Positions 1-8,445 of a stretch of DNA of 32,000 nt are shown here, piece after piece; positions within the stretch are counted from its first letter, which is position 1; each line of letters opens with the position of its first letter. The position numbers were made by a program, and so were the translations under genes. Source of the DNA: Methanothermobacter marburgensis str. Marburg (GTDB taxonomy: Archaea; Methanobacteriota; Methanobacteria; Methanobacteriales; Methanothermobacteraceae); NCBI RefSeq assembly GCF_000145295.1, contig NC_014408.1:720001-752000 (forward strand). The letters are read 5' to 3'. The notes beneath the pieces were generated by a model. The model searched no databases. It had not been told where the DNA came from and saw only the letters and a list, made by a program, of their open reading frames with translations.

Positions 1-18
1 GGATGTAGAGGTAAAGAA

Positions 19-465
19 ATGTTGGATGCTCTTAAAAGTATTCTGAGGAAAACATCAATCCACGTGTGTCTTGTGAACACCGGAGGGTGCAACGGCTGCG
101 ACATAGAGGTCCTTGCACTCCTCTCACCCAGATATGACCTTGAACAGTACGGTATATACGTCCACCAGAACCCCAGGGAGGCTGATGTGATACTGGTGAC
201 CGGTGCCGTTACAGAGCAGTGGAGAGAGAAGCTTCAGAGGATATACAGCAAGGCACCTGAGCCAAAGATAGTGGTGGCCCTGGGCAACTGCCCCATCTCA
301 GGGGACGTGTTCAACCAGGAGGGTGGGAGCGTCTATGCACCGGTCTCTGACTTCATACCGGTGGACGCTGAGGTCCCTGGTTGTCCGCCAAGGCCATCTG
401 AGATACTTGAAGCGATACTGTCTGTGGCACCCGGTGCAATAGCAGAGAGGGGGAGAAAGAGATGA
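19..465 (+). CDS. ehaN: Energy-converting [NiFe] hydrogenase A, small subunit (NuoB/HycG-like, one [4Fe-4S])
   Basis: 148-aa ORF with the Cys ligand pattern GGCNGC ... GNCP ... GCPP typical of NuoB-type subunits. ATGA stop/start overlap with the large-subunit gene at 462-465. Symbol assigned from the gene order N-O-P-Q-R-S-T that I recall for the Methanothermobacter eha operon (Tersteegen and Hedderich 1999). Confidence 0.85.
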   Translation: MLDALKSILRKTSIHVCLVNTGGCNGCDIEVLALLSPRYDLEQYGIYVHQNPREADVILVTGAVTEQWREKLQRIYSKAPEPKIVVALGNCPISGDVFNQEGGSVYAPVSDFIPVDAEVPGCPPRPSEILEAILSVAPGAIAERGRKR

Positions 466-1574
466 TACTGCCACTTGGACCCATGCACCCCGGCTACAAG
501 GAGCCCATAAGGCTCAAGGTTAAGACAAGGGGTGAGAAGGTTCTCAAGGCCGAGATAGAGTATGGATACGTTCACAGGGGAATAGAGAGGGTGATGAGGA
601 ACAAGACCTGGCAGAAGGCCATATACCTCTCTGAGCGGGTCTGCGGGATATGCTCATATATACACACACAGACCTTTGCAGAGGCATTTGAGGCCATATC
701 TGAGGTGGAGGCCCCACCGAGGGCCCAGTTCCTCCGTGCACTGACCAACGAACTTGACAGGATACAGAGTCACCTCATTGCAAATTCAACCTACTTCAAG
801 GCCCTTGACCATGAGACAATGTTCATGTACATGCTGGCCCTGAGGGAGCCTGTCATGGATGCCATCGAGTTACTCACAGGTAACCGTGTCAACATGGGCT
901 GGAACGTTGTGGGGGGTGTGAGGATGGACGCCTCAGAGGATCACCTCTCAAGGATAAGGGAGATCATAGTGGACCTTGAAAGGGAATTCGACCGTTACGT
1001 TGAAATGTTCGAGCACGGGCCACTCATAGGACTCAGGTCAAGGGACGTGGGTTACATGAGCCGTGAGGAGGCAGAGAAGGCCCGGGCAGTGGGACCCATC
1101 GGAAGGGCCTCGGGTATACGGTATGACTTCAGGGAGGATCACCCCACCTACCGGGATCACCTGGATTTCAGGACGATCTGGAGGGATGAGGGGGACAACT
1201 TTGCAAGGGTCATGAACCGCTTCGATGAGATAAGGGTCTCAATTGACCTCATAAAGCAGGTGATAGACAGTATCCCCTCCGGCCCTGTGAGGAGGAAGGT
1301 GGATGTGAAGGCAGGCTACGGGGAGTGGAGAAACGAGGCACCCCGCGGCGAGGTGGCCTACATGATTGAGACCAACGGAAACCTCATAAAGAACATCTCC
1401 ATAAGGACCCCCAGCATCATGAACATCGATGCCTGTGCAAAGTACATGCTGCGTGACGTTGCAACCGTTGCAGATGCCGTTGCAACCTATGCCAGTGCAG
1501 ACCCATGCATAGCATGTGCAGAGAGGGTCGTGGTCCTGGACGAGAATGAGGGAAAGAGGGAGATACTCCTTTAA
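462..1574 (+). CDS. ehaO: Energy-converting [NiFe] hydrogenase A, large (NiFe-binding, NuoD/HycE-like) subunit
   Basis: 370-aa ORF with the N-terminal NiFe motif [10 protein letters not shown] (RxCGxCxxxH) and the C-terminal motif DPCIACAER (DPCxxCxxR). Translationally coupled to the small subunit. Confidence 0.9.
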   Translation: MILPLGPMHPGYKEPIRLKVKTRGEKVLKAEIEYGYVHRGIERVMRNKTWQKAIYLSERVCGICSYIHTQTFAEAFEAISEVEAPPRAQFLRALTNELDRIQSHLIANSTYFKALDHETMFMYMLALREPVMDAIELLTGNRVNMGWNVVGGVRMDASEDHLSRIREIIVDLEREFDRYVEMFEHGPLIGLRSRDVGYMSREEAEKARAVGPIGRASGIRYDFREDHPTYRDHLDFRTIWRDEGDNFARVMNRFDEIRVSIDLIKQVIDSIPSGPVRRKVDVKAGYGEWRNEAPRGEVAYMIETNGNLIKNISIRTPSIMNIDACAKYMLRDVATVADAVATYASADPCIACAERVVVLDENEGKREILL

Positions 1575-1598
1575 AAGAATTGATCATGTTGATGTCCT

Positions 1599-2621
1599 AT
1601 GTCCTCTGTAATATGGTACCTCTACGAGTTTGCCCGCAAATCATGGGCAGAGAAATTTGCAAATGCACATACAGAACATGAGATCCTTGAAAAACCCGAA
1701 AGGTTCAGGGATTTCCCCACAGTACATAAGGAGTACTGCATAGGCTGCGGGGCCTGCACCACAGCATGCCCTGCCCCCGGCGCGATAAAACTGGTCCGCG
1801 ATACCGACACCTCCGAGGAGGAGGGCCTGACCTACCCGGTGATAGTGAGGGGGGCCTGTATCAGGTGCGGATTCTGCGCCGAGGTCTGCCCCACCGACCC
1901 CAAGACTATAGAATGCGGTGAGAACCACCTCATAAGGGAAGAGTTCACAATCGTACCCTCAGAGAAGCTCTACGTGATAGACGATTACCTCTGCATACGC
2001 TGCAGGAAATGCATGAAGGCCTGCCCGGTTGATGCCATCGTTGAGGAGGACGGCAGGGTCGAGATTGACCAGAGCAGGTGCATAGCATGCGGTGACTGCC
2101 TTGAGAAGTGCCCTGTCAAGGGTGCGCTCAAGAGGATACACGTGGCATATGTTGAGGAACAGAAGATGGTTATAAACCTGGCTGTCAATGAACTGGAGGC
2201 GGCCATCGAGGAGCGCAGTGATGATATAAAGAAACTCGGGGCGGGTGAGGTCTACAGGATGAACCACCCCCTGCGACCCCTCCTTGAAAGGGCCCTTGAG
2301 ATTCTGCCCGATGAGGATATAACCAGGGACATCCTTGAGATGATAACAGACCGCCTGAAGATGAGGATCATAACATGGAGCCCTGAGAAGTGTGTTCAGT
2401 GCAGGTTATGCGTAGATGAGTGCCCATCGGGTGCCATAACCTACTCGGAGGATGAGGGAGTCGTGAGGGACCCTGAAAAGTGTCTCAGGTGCAGCACATG
2501 CTACCAGACCTGCCCGTTCGGTGTTGCCGGGTACTACGTTGCAAGGTTCCTCATTGACGAGTCCAACGGTGAGGAAGTGATCAGGATCACCATAAAACCG
2601 GCGGCGCTTCCTGTAAAGTGA
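1599..2621 (+). CDS. ehaP: Polyferredoxin with six CxxCxxCxxxCP [4Fe-4S] motifs
   Basis: 340-aa ORF with six motifs counted by eye: [72 protein letters not shown]. Position directly after ehaO matches the 6-cluster EhaP. Confidence 0.85.
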   Translation: MSSVIWYLYEFARKSWAEKFANAHTEHEILEKPERFRDFPTVHKEYCIGCGACTTACPAPGAIKLVRDTDTSEEEGLTYPVIVRGACIRCGFCAEVCPTDPKTIECGENHLIREEFTIVPSEKLYVIDDYLCIRCRKCMKACPVDAIVEEDGRVEIDQSRCIACGDCLEKCPVKGALKRIHVAYVEEQKMVINLAVNELEAAIEERSDDIKKLGAGEVYRMNHPLRPLLERALEILPDEDITRDILEMITDRLKMRIITWSPEKCVQCRLCVDECPSGAITYSEDEGVVRDPEKCLRCSTCYQTCPFGVAGYYVARFLIDESNGEEVIRITIKPAALPVK

Positions 2622-2759
2622 TGAGGAGATGATAACATTCCAGCTGCAGCAAAACCCGTAAAGCCCCTGAGGGAAGTTGACGTTGACTATGAAATCCACC
2701 ATGAGAAATGCAGGAACTGCCCTGATAAGCCCTGCCTGAATGCATGCCCTGTTGATGCC

Positions 2760-3983
2760 GTGCACATCGACCCGGACACAGGGGAGGTTGAGATAGATGA
2801 CCGTTGCTTTGGCTGCGTCCTCTGCAGGGAGGCCTGCCCCTACGATGCCATAAGGATGAAGACAATCCTCGGGGAGCCAGTGAGGGAGAACGTCCCTGTG
2901 ATAAACCCCAGGATCTGCCGTGGCTGCGGTGCCTGTGTATCTGCCTGCAGGACAGGGGCCATACACCTGACATCATCAGGGAAGACAGGGGTTCACAGTG
3001 AGATAGACGAGGATAAATGCGTCAGGTGCGGCTACTGTGCAAGGGCATGTCCCACAGAGGCCATAAAATATGGTGAGATCCTGCCGAGATCCGTGGTGGG
3101 TGGAAAGGCTGTTGTGGTTAACCAGAGGGACTGCATAGGCTGCATGACCTGCACCAGGGTCTGCCCATCCAGGGGCGCCATAAAGGTTGGTAAGATCAAC
3201 AGGCTCCCCTACATAGACCCATCATACTGTGCAAGGTGCGAGGAGTGCATGGATGTCTGCCCATCAGCAGCCATAAAGTACTCATCCAGAAAGAGGGCAT
3301 ACGAAAACTTCTCAAAGCTAAATAACATGGAGATAGCAGGGGAGATCCTTGAGAGGGAATCAGAGAAACTCGTAAGGAACCTTGGCAGGATAGACTCGGT
3401 TCTGAGGAGCGTGAAGAGAAGGTTCTCCAGGGATGAACCCGAGTTCAGTGTGGATGTCACAGATGAAATAAGGGAAGGTATAGAGGAACTCGTTGACTCG
3501 GACCTTGAAATCCTGGAACTCAACCATATAGTGGACTTCACAAAGCCAAAGAGGAGCATAAGGGTCCTTGAGGAGAGGTGCATCGGCTGCGGGCTATGCG
3601 TCACCGAGTGCCCGGTTGGAGTTATAGAACCGGTAACACCAGCCCCTGTTGAGATAAAGGATGGATGCGTCTTCTGCGGTCGCTGCAGAGGAGTTTGCCC
3701 TGTTGATGCAGTTGAAATAACAGAGGAGGGCTTCAGGGCATCCGATGGCAGGATATACCTTGAGCGCAGAATCCTCAGGGGACCAAGAAGCGGTTCAGTG
3801 GAGGTGGATCATGTCATCTGCCAGAGGTGCGGTGTCTGTGTCAACCACTGCCCCGTTGATGCCATGGCAATGGATGGTGAGGTGGAGGTTGATGATGACA
3901 CCTGCATACTCTGCGGTGAATGCCAGGACATATGCCCTGTTACCGCAGTGAAACTTAACCTGGAGGATGATAACCTTGAATAG
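2760..3983 (+). CDS. ehaQ: Polyferredoxin (nine motifs in this ORF, a tenth encoded in-frame upstream); coordinates are the minimal ORF from the first canonical start (GTG)
   Basis: 407-aa ORF with nine CxxCxxCxxxC(P/R) motifs. The same frame is open back to 2625 and encodes a further motif, CRNCPDKPCLNACP, at 2709-2750. The true start is therefore almost certainly upstream of 2760 (see finding). The 3-prime end is secure. Confidence 0.8.
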   Translation: MHIDPDTGEVEIDDRCFGCVLCREACPYDAIRMKTILGEPVRENVPVINPRICRGCGACVSACRTGAIHLTSSGKTGVHSEIDEDKCVRCGYCARACPTEAIKYGEILPRSVVGGKAVVVNQRDCIGCMTCTRVCPSRGAIKVGKINRLPYIDPSYCARCEECMDVCPSAAIKYSSRKRAYENFSKLNNMEIAGEILERESEKLVRNLGRIDSVLRSVKRRFSRDEPEFSVDVTDEIREGIEELVDSDLEILELNHIVDFTKPKRSIRVLEERCIGCGLCVTECPVGVIEPVTPAPVEIKDGCVFCGRCRGVCPVDAVEITEEGFRASDGRIYLERRILRGPRSGSVEVDHVICQRCGVCVNHCPVDAMAMDGEVEVDDDTCILCGECQDICPVTAVKLNLEDDNLE

Positions 3984-4992
3984 GGTCTTTGTGACAGACT
4001 GCGAGGGCCCGGTTTCACTGAACGACAACGCATTCGAGGCCGCGGCCCACTTCATGCCTGAAGGTGACAGGTTCTTCAGGAAGGTCAGCGAATTTGATGA
4101 CATACTGGCAGATGAGATAAAAAGGCCCGGCTACAATGCAGGGGACACCCTGAAACTCATAGTCCCCTTCCTGGTGGCCTACGGTGTCACCGATGAGAAG
4201 CTAATTGAATTCTCAGAGGAAACCCTCAAACTTGTACCAGGGGCAGAGGAGACCCTCGAGCTTGCCATGCAGCTCATGCCAGCCTACATAATAAGCACAA
4301 GTTACAGGCACTACATAGAGGCCCTCTGCAGGCGGACAGGCTTCCCCATTGAGAACACCCGCCACACAACCCTCACCCTCAACGTCCCTGTTGGGGATGA
4401 TGAAAGGGAGATGCTCATGAAACTCAGGGAGGAAGTCATTGATGGAGACTTCCAGGACCTGGATGAGATATTCTTCAAGAAAATACCACAGATGAGGATA
4501 GGGAGGCTCCTTGAGGAGGTCCAGACTGTTGGCGGGGACGGTAAGAGGGTCGCCCTGAAAGGGATACTCTCTGAACTTGGTTTAACAGCGAAGGCGGCCA
4601 TGTATGTGGGTGACAGCATAACAGATGTCGAGCCCCTCAGGGAACTCAGGGGGAAGGGTATACCCATCTCATTCAACGGCAACAGGTACGCACTCAGGGA
4701 GGCCGAGGTTGCCGTCATATCCGAGGATGCAAGGGCCCTCCTGCCACTCGTGGACCTCCACTCAAGGTTCGGGAGGAACTACGTAATGGAATTCGTTAAG
4801 GCGTACTCCGATGACCCTGAAAGGGCCCTTGAATCCTTCAGGGTGGACTTCAGGGTTGCTGAGAGATTCGAGAACATATTCCGGGACGCCTACCCAACCA
4901 TCACACCGGTGGATGATACCGATGAACTCGTTGAGGAGAGCCTCGCAGTCAGGAAGAGGATCAGAGGGGAGGATGTGGGGTCCCTGGGCTGA
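3967..4992 (+). CDS. ehaR: HAD-superfamily-like hydrophilic protein of the eha operon
   Basis: 341-aa ORF with N-terminal VFVTDCEGP (HAD motif I-like, with D-C-E instead of DxD) and late MYVGDSITD (HAD motif IV-like GDxxxD). It overlaps the ehaQ stop. In-frame TTG at 3976 is an alternative start, with GGAGG at 3962-3966. Confidence 0.7.
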   Translation: MITLNRVFVTDCEGPVSLNDNAFEAAAHFMPEGDRFFRKVSEFDDILADEIKRPGYNAGDTLKLIVPFLVAYGVTDEKLIEFSEETLKLVPGAEETLELAMQLMPAYIISTSYRHYIEALCRRTGFPIENTRHTTLTLNVPVGDDEREMLMKLREEVIDGDFQDLDEIFFKKIPQMRIGRLLEEVQTVGGDGKRVALKGILSELGLTAKAAMYVGDSITDVEPLRELRGKGIPISFNGNRYALREAEVAVISEDARALLPLVDLHSRFGRNYVMEFVKAYSDDPERALESFRVDFRVAERFENIFRDAYPTITPVDDTDELVEESLAVRKRIRGEDVGSLG

Positions 4993-5013
4993 ATGGATCG
5001 TCAGGTGTTGATT

Positions 5014-5904
5014 ATGGAGATTAACGGAACGGTGATCGAGGATACATTTTCAGAGGCCTTCACCGGAAGGTGTGTGAGGGCCACCATAACGGCCCGTGAC
5101 ATGGAAACCGTAAGGAGGGCGGCCTACGATTCAACTGCAACCCCAGGCGCGGTTATAGGGAGAGTTGAGGGTGGCGTTGAATCATTCCACTCGGCTGATG
5201 AAACACCAGATGGGAGGCCAGGGGCCACTGTACAGTTCTACTATGCCCTCCCCGACCTGGAGAAGTTCCAGGTTGAACTCTCCTACAGGATCAGGCAGGA
5301 CATACTGGTGAAACCATTCACAGCCCTCTACAATTCCACACCTGACCCTGAGGGGTACATGGATATGATGAAGCATGTGGGCCACTGTGGGGACGGTTAT
5401 GAGTGGATTGAGGAGTTTGGTGGCCGTGAAATGATCAACATCCCCATAGCGGTCCCGGACTTTAAGATTGAGTCAAAGATGGGGTACAGGGATGCGATCA
5501 TGGGGGCCAACTTCTGGTACATGTGCAGGGACCCTGAAACCGTCCTTGAGGCTGGAAGGGCCGCCATAAATGCCATAGGGGAGGTTGAGGGTGTTGTAAC
5601 ACCCTTCGATATCTGCTCGGCCGCCTCCAAGCCCGAGACCAATTACCCCTGGATAGGCCCCACAACCAACCACCCCTACTGTCCAAGTCTCAGAGACTTA
5701 CTGGGTGATAAGTCAAAGGTCCCTGAGGGGGTCGGGTACATACCGGAGATAGTCATAAATGGCCTGTCCCTTGAGGCACTTGAGGAGGCCATGAGGGCGG
5801 GTATAGAGACTGTCTGCCGCTACGACGGCGTCCTGATGGTGTCAGCGGGTAACTATGATGGTAAACTTGGGGACCACAGGATAGACCTTCATGGTGTTCT
5901 CTGA
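5014..5904 (+). CDS. ehaS: Formylmethanofuran:tetrahydromethanopterin formyltransferase paralog (Ftr-like)
   Basis: The N-terminus [16 protein letters not shown] matches what I recall as the conserved Ftr N-terminus, and the ~296-aa length fits Ftr. ATG 5014 is preferred over the ORF-track start 4993 because AGGTG sits 6 nt upstream and Ftr proteins begin at this motif. Confidence 0.75.
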   Translation: MEINGTVIEDTFSEAFTGRCVRATITARDMETVRRAAYDSTATPGAVIGRVEGGVESFHSADETPDGRPGATVQFYYALPDLEKFQVELSYRIRQDILVKPFTALYNSTPDPEGYMDMMKHVGHCGDGYEWIEEFGGREMINIPIAVPDFKIESKMGYRDAIMGANFWYMCRDPETVLEAGRAAINAIGEVEGVVTPFDICSAASKPETNYPWIGPTTNHPYCPSLRDLLGDKSKVPEGVGYIPEIVINGLSLEALEEAMRAGIETVCRYDGVLMVSAGNYDGKLGDHRIDLHGVL

Positions 5905-6842
5905 TGTTATTCGATGCCGTGGGCCTCGGGGCCCTTAACATGGACCAGCTCCACATGGTTGAGAGGATAGCAGGACCCGACGAGGAGGTCTTTGTACGCA
6001 GTATCCTGGAGTCCTGCGGTGGATCAGCAGCCAACACCATAATAGGCCTTGCAAGGCTTGGCCTGAGGACGGCCTTCATCGGCAAGGTTGCCGGTGACAG
6101 GGAGGGTTCCATCCTAAGGGAGAACCTGAAGGGGGGGGGTGTCGCCGATTACGTTGCCGTTTCAGATGAGGGAAGAAGCGGCAGGGTCATGGGATTCGTT
6201 GACCCCCAGGGAAACAGGGCACTCTATGTGGACCCCGGGGTTAACGACACCCTCAGCATGGATGAGGTCCGGGAGGAGGCACTGAAAACCAGGCTACTGC
6301 ACCTCACATCCTTTGCAGGATCAGGTATCAGGGTCCAGAGGGAGGTCCTGGGGGTCATCGATGACTCTGTGACAGTGAGCCTCGACCCCGGCCACCTATA
6401 TGCGGAGCGGGGCGCATCTGAACTTGAGGGTATCCTTGAGAGGACAGACATTCTCCTGGTCAACCGGAGGGAACTGGAGATCCTGACAGGATCCCCTGAC
6501 CCTGCCATGGCATCGGCAGAACTGGGGGTTGACGTGGTTGTCATGAAGATGGGCTCTGAGGGTGTCAGGGCCTTCGATGGCTCCGAGGTGATGGTTGAGG
6601 CACTCGAGACCAGCTGCAGGGATACAACGGGCGCCGGGGATGCATTCAATGCAGGTTTCCTCTATGCATGGCTTTCAGGACATGGGCTTGAGGTGTCATG
6701 CCTCTTTGGAAACTACATGGCATCAAGGTGCATAGAGGGCTACGGTGCCACATCGTCCCTCCCAGGGAGGGAGGCCCTTGAGGTTCTGGAGGGGTACCTC
6801 AGGGATACCTATCAGGAAAAGCGCGGTGATTCTGGAAAATAA
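5904..6842 (+). CDS. ehaT: PfkB/ribokinase-family carbohydrate kinase
   Basis: 312-aa ORF with N-terminal GGSAANT and the C-terminal PfkB signature DTTGAGDAFNAGF. Its ATG overlaps the ehaS TGA by 1 nt (cTGATGt). Confidence 0.8.
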   Translation: MLFDAVGLGALNMDQLHMVERIAGPDEEVFVRSILESCGGSAANTIIGLARLGLRTAFIGKVAGDREGSILRENLKGGGVADYVAVSDEGRSGRVMGFVDPQGNRALYVDPGVNDTLSMDEVREEALKTRLLHLTSFAGSGIRVQREVLGVIDDSVTVSLDPGHLYAERGASELEGILERTDILLVNRRELEILTGSPDPAMASAELGVDVVVMKMGSEGVRAFDGSEVMVEALETSCRDTTGAGDAFNAGFLYAWLSGHGLEVSCLFGNYMASRCIEGYGATSSLPGREALEVLEGYLRDTYQEKRGDSGK

Positions 6843-6921
6843 TTTAAGTGAACATGTTTAAACTAATAGAGGAGGATCATGTTAATCTCTTTAAGGATTG
6901 AACAAATACCGGGGTTGTATC

Positions 6922-7677
6922 ATGGATATTGTCTTTAAAAAGAAACTTGATGATCTCCAGAGGGACGTTGCACTGAAGTCGATGGACCTTGAGGAGAGCC
7001 CTGAGGAAGTCGGGGTGGAACTTGGAAGGTGCAGTGTTCGCGATAAATTCATAGACATAACACCAAAGTGCGTCAGGTGCAACCTCTGCGTTGAGGAGTG
7101 CCCTGTTGACGCAATATCAGATTCATCTGCCTCACGGGCCGCCAGGATACTCGATAACTGTGTTAAATGTGAGATATGTGCCCAGACCTGTCCCGTGAGA
7201 TGTATAAATGTTGTTGAGAGCACAGCCACAATTGATGAGGATGTCACATACAACCTTGAATACCTGAGGATTCCCCACAGAACACTCCGCATGAGGGATA
7301 TTCAGGTTACAGATAAATGCACCGCCTGCGGCACCTGCGAGAGGTTCTGCCCCACAGGCGCAATAAGGGTGGGGGAAACTGCAGCGGTTGATAGATCCAT
7401 ATGCATTGGATGCGGTGCCTGCGTCAACGTGTGCCCCTCAGATGCCATAAAACTTGAAAGGGAACTCGGACCTGTCATTGAGACCCGTAGACTCATGGTT
7501 GATCAGGATGCATGTGTTGAGTGCCTTGTATGTGAGGAGAACTGCCCCACCGGAGCCATAAGGATTGAGGATGGGGAAGTTGTTGTTGATGGAGATAAAT
7601 GTATCCTCTGTGAGGTCTGTTCGTCTAAGTGTCCTGTGGCAGCACTTAAACTGGAGAGGTTGTCAGATGAAAGTTAA
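6922..7677 (+). CDS. Polyferredoxin with six [4Fe-4S] motifs (MvhB-like)
   Basis: Six motifs: CVRCNLCVEECP, CVKCEICAQTCP, CTACGTCERFCP, CIGCGACVNVCP, CVECLVCEENCP, CILCEVCSSKCP. The start is ambiguous between TTG 6898 (ORF track) and ATG 6922. Confidence 0.8.
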   Translation: MDIVFKKKLDDLQRDVALKSMDLEESPEEVGVELGRCSVRDKFIDITPKCVRCNLCVEECPVDAISDSSASRAARILDNCVKCEICAQTCPVRCINVVESTATIDEDVTYNLEYLRIPHRTLRMRDIQVTDKCTACGTCERFCPTGAIRVGETAAVDRSICIGCGACVNVCPSDAIKLERELGPVIETRRLMVDQDACVECLVCEENCPTGAIRIEDGEVVVDGDKCILCEVCSSKCPVAALKLERLSDES

Positions 7678-8302
7678 GGAGATAATGGATAAGGAGTTTA
7701 TAGCCGTCTCCCCTGGGGACCGGGTTGTTGATGTATCCCTGAAGATGGAGAAGACAAGGAAATTCACAACACCTGTTGTTGATGATGAGGGGAAGCTTGT
7801 TGGATGGGTTACAAGCTTTGATGTTATGAGGGGACTCAGGGATGGAGTTGAACTTGTATCCGATGTCATGCAGCCCCCTGAGAGGATAGTCCACGTCAAT
7901 GAGAACGACCCGGCGCGGCTGGCGGTCCTTGAAACAGCCCACCACAAACTTGTTAGTGTCCCTGTACTGGATGATGAGGGAAGGGTTGTCGGTGTTGTGA
8001 GGTCCTTTGACATCGTTGAGACCCTCTCACAGCTCTATGAGATCAAGGTCTACAAGATATTTGAGGCCATGAACAGTGAACTCAAGGGTGTTAGCTGGGA
8101 CGAACTCATGGAGGCCGCAGCAATCATCACAAGGAGGCGCACTGGTAAGAGGATCAAGCCGAAGGAATACGAGGAGAGGATCAGGAACTCCACATTTGGC
8201 GAGGCCATATGGGCTACAGGTGGCCTTGAAAAGTTCTTTGTGGGTCTGATAGCCATAGGTGAACTTGTGATTGCAAGAAAGATTGCGAGGGCAAGGAAGT
8301 AA
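7667..8302 (+). CDS. CBS-pair domain protein with a C-terminal basic/hydrophobic tail
   Basis: MKVKEIMDKEFIAVSP begins a typical CBS domain, and a second CBS unit lies around HKLVSVPVLDDEGRVVGVVRSFDIV. ATG 7667 is chosen because the 34 codons upstream in the ORF track lie inside the polyferredoxin gene and look non-coding. This gives an 11-nt overlap with the upstream stop. Confidence 0.75.
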   Translation: MKVKEIMDKEFIAVSPGDRVVDVSLKMEKTRKFTTPVVDDEGKLVGWVTSFDVMRGLRDGVELVSDVMQPPERIVHVNENDPARLAVLETAHHKLVSVPVLDDEGRVVGVVRSFDIVETLSQLYEIKVYKIFEAMNSELKGVSWDELMEAAAIITRRRTGKRIKPKEYEERIRNSTFGEAIWATGGLEKFFVGLIAIGELVIARKIARARK

Positions 8303-8306
8303 TCCC

Positions 8307-8323
8307 CTTCTTTTTTTTATTTC
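8307..8323 (+). terminator. Oligo-T tract (cttcTTTTTTTTatttc) immediately after the CBS gene stop
   Basis: A run of 8 T at 8311-8318, 9 nt after the stop. Archaeal RNA polymerase terminates at oligo-T tracts. Confidence 0.5.
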
Positions 8324-8392
8324 ACTAATTCCCTTCTGGACTTTTGAGGGTTTTTTACTGGCGCCTTCTACAATTACTGATATTAAGGAACA

Positions 8393-8430
8393 CTTATATA
8401 ATATGAATACATATGAATGTGTATTCATAT
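8393..8430 (+). promoter_or_regulatory. TATA-like box (cttatataat) plus an ATATGAAT repeat/palindrome operator candidate upstream of the metal ATPase
   Basis: ATATGAATACA at 8401-8411 and its exact reverse complement TGTATTCATAT at 8420-8430 (11-bp arms, 8-bp spacer). A third direct ATATGAAT copy lies at 8411-8418, 10 bp from the first. The TATA-like element abuts the left arm, and the CDS starts at 8446. Confidence 0.45.
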
Positions 8431-8445
8431 GTTCAGGTGAATTGT

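Noticed and set aside
2619-2624. Selenocysteine or stop-codon read-through of TGA TGA fusing EhaP and EhaQ into a 16-cluster protein
   Set aside because: Two consecutive TGA codons make read-through improbable. To my knowledge selenoprotein machinery among methanogens is confined to Methanococcales and Methanopyrus, and no Cys-equivalent position is expected here. Non-canonical initiation or a sequence error is more parsimonious.
2406-2976. 186-aa and 129-aa minus-strand ORFs across the ehaP/ehaQ junction
   Set aside because: They are antisense to strongly motif-supported ferredoxin genes. Their translations are Pro/Arg/Gly-rich low-complexity sequence typical of shadow ORFs.
6879-6938. 19-codon upstream ORF (MLISLRIEQIPGLYHGYCL) after GGAGGA, ahead of the polyferredoxin
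   Set aside because: The GGAGGA is only 2 nt from its ATG, which is poor spacing. The peptide has no features and could only be supported by ribosome profiling.
7565-7666. N-terminal 34-codon extension of the CBS gene offered by the ORF track
   Set aside because: It lies entirely inside the polyferredoxin coding region. The CBS domain begins right after ATG 7667.
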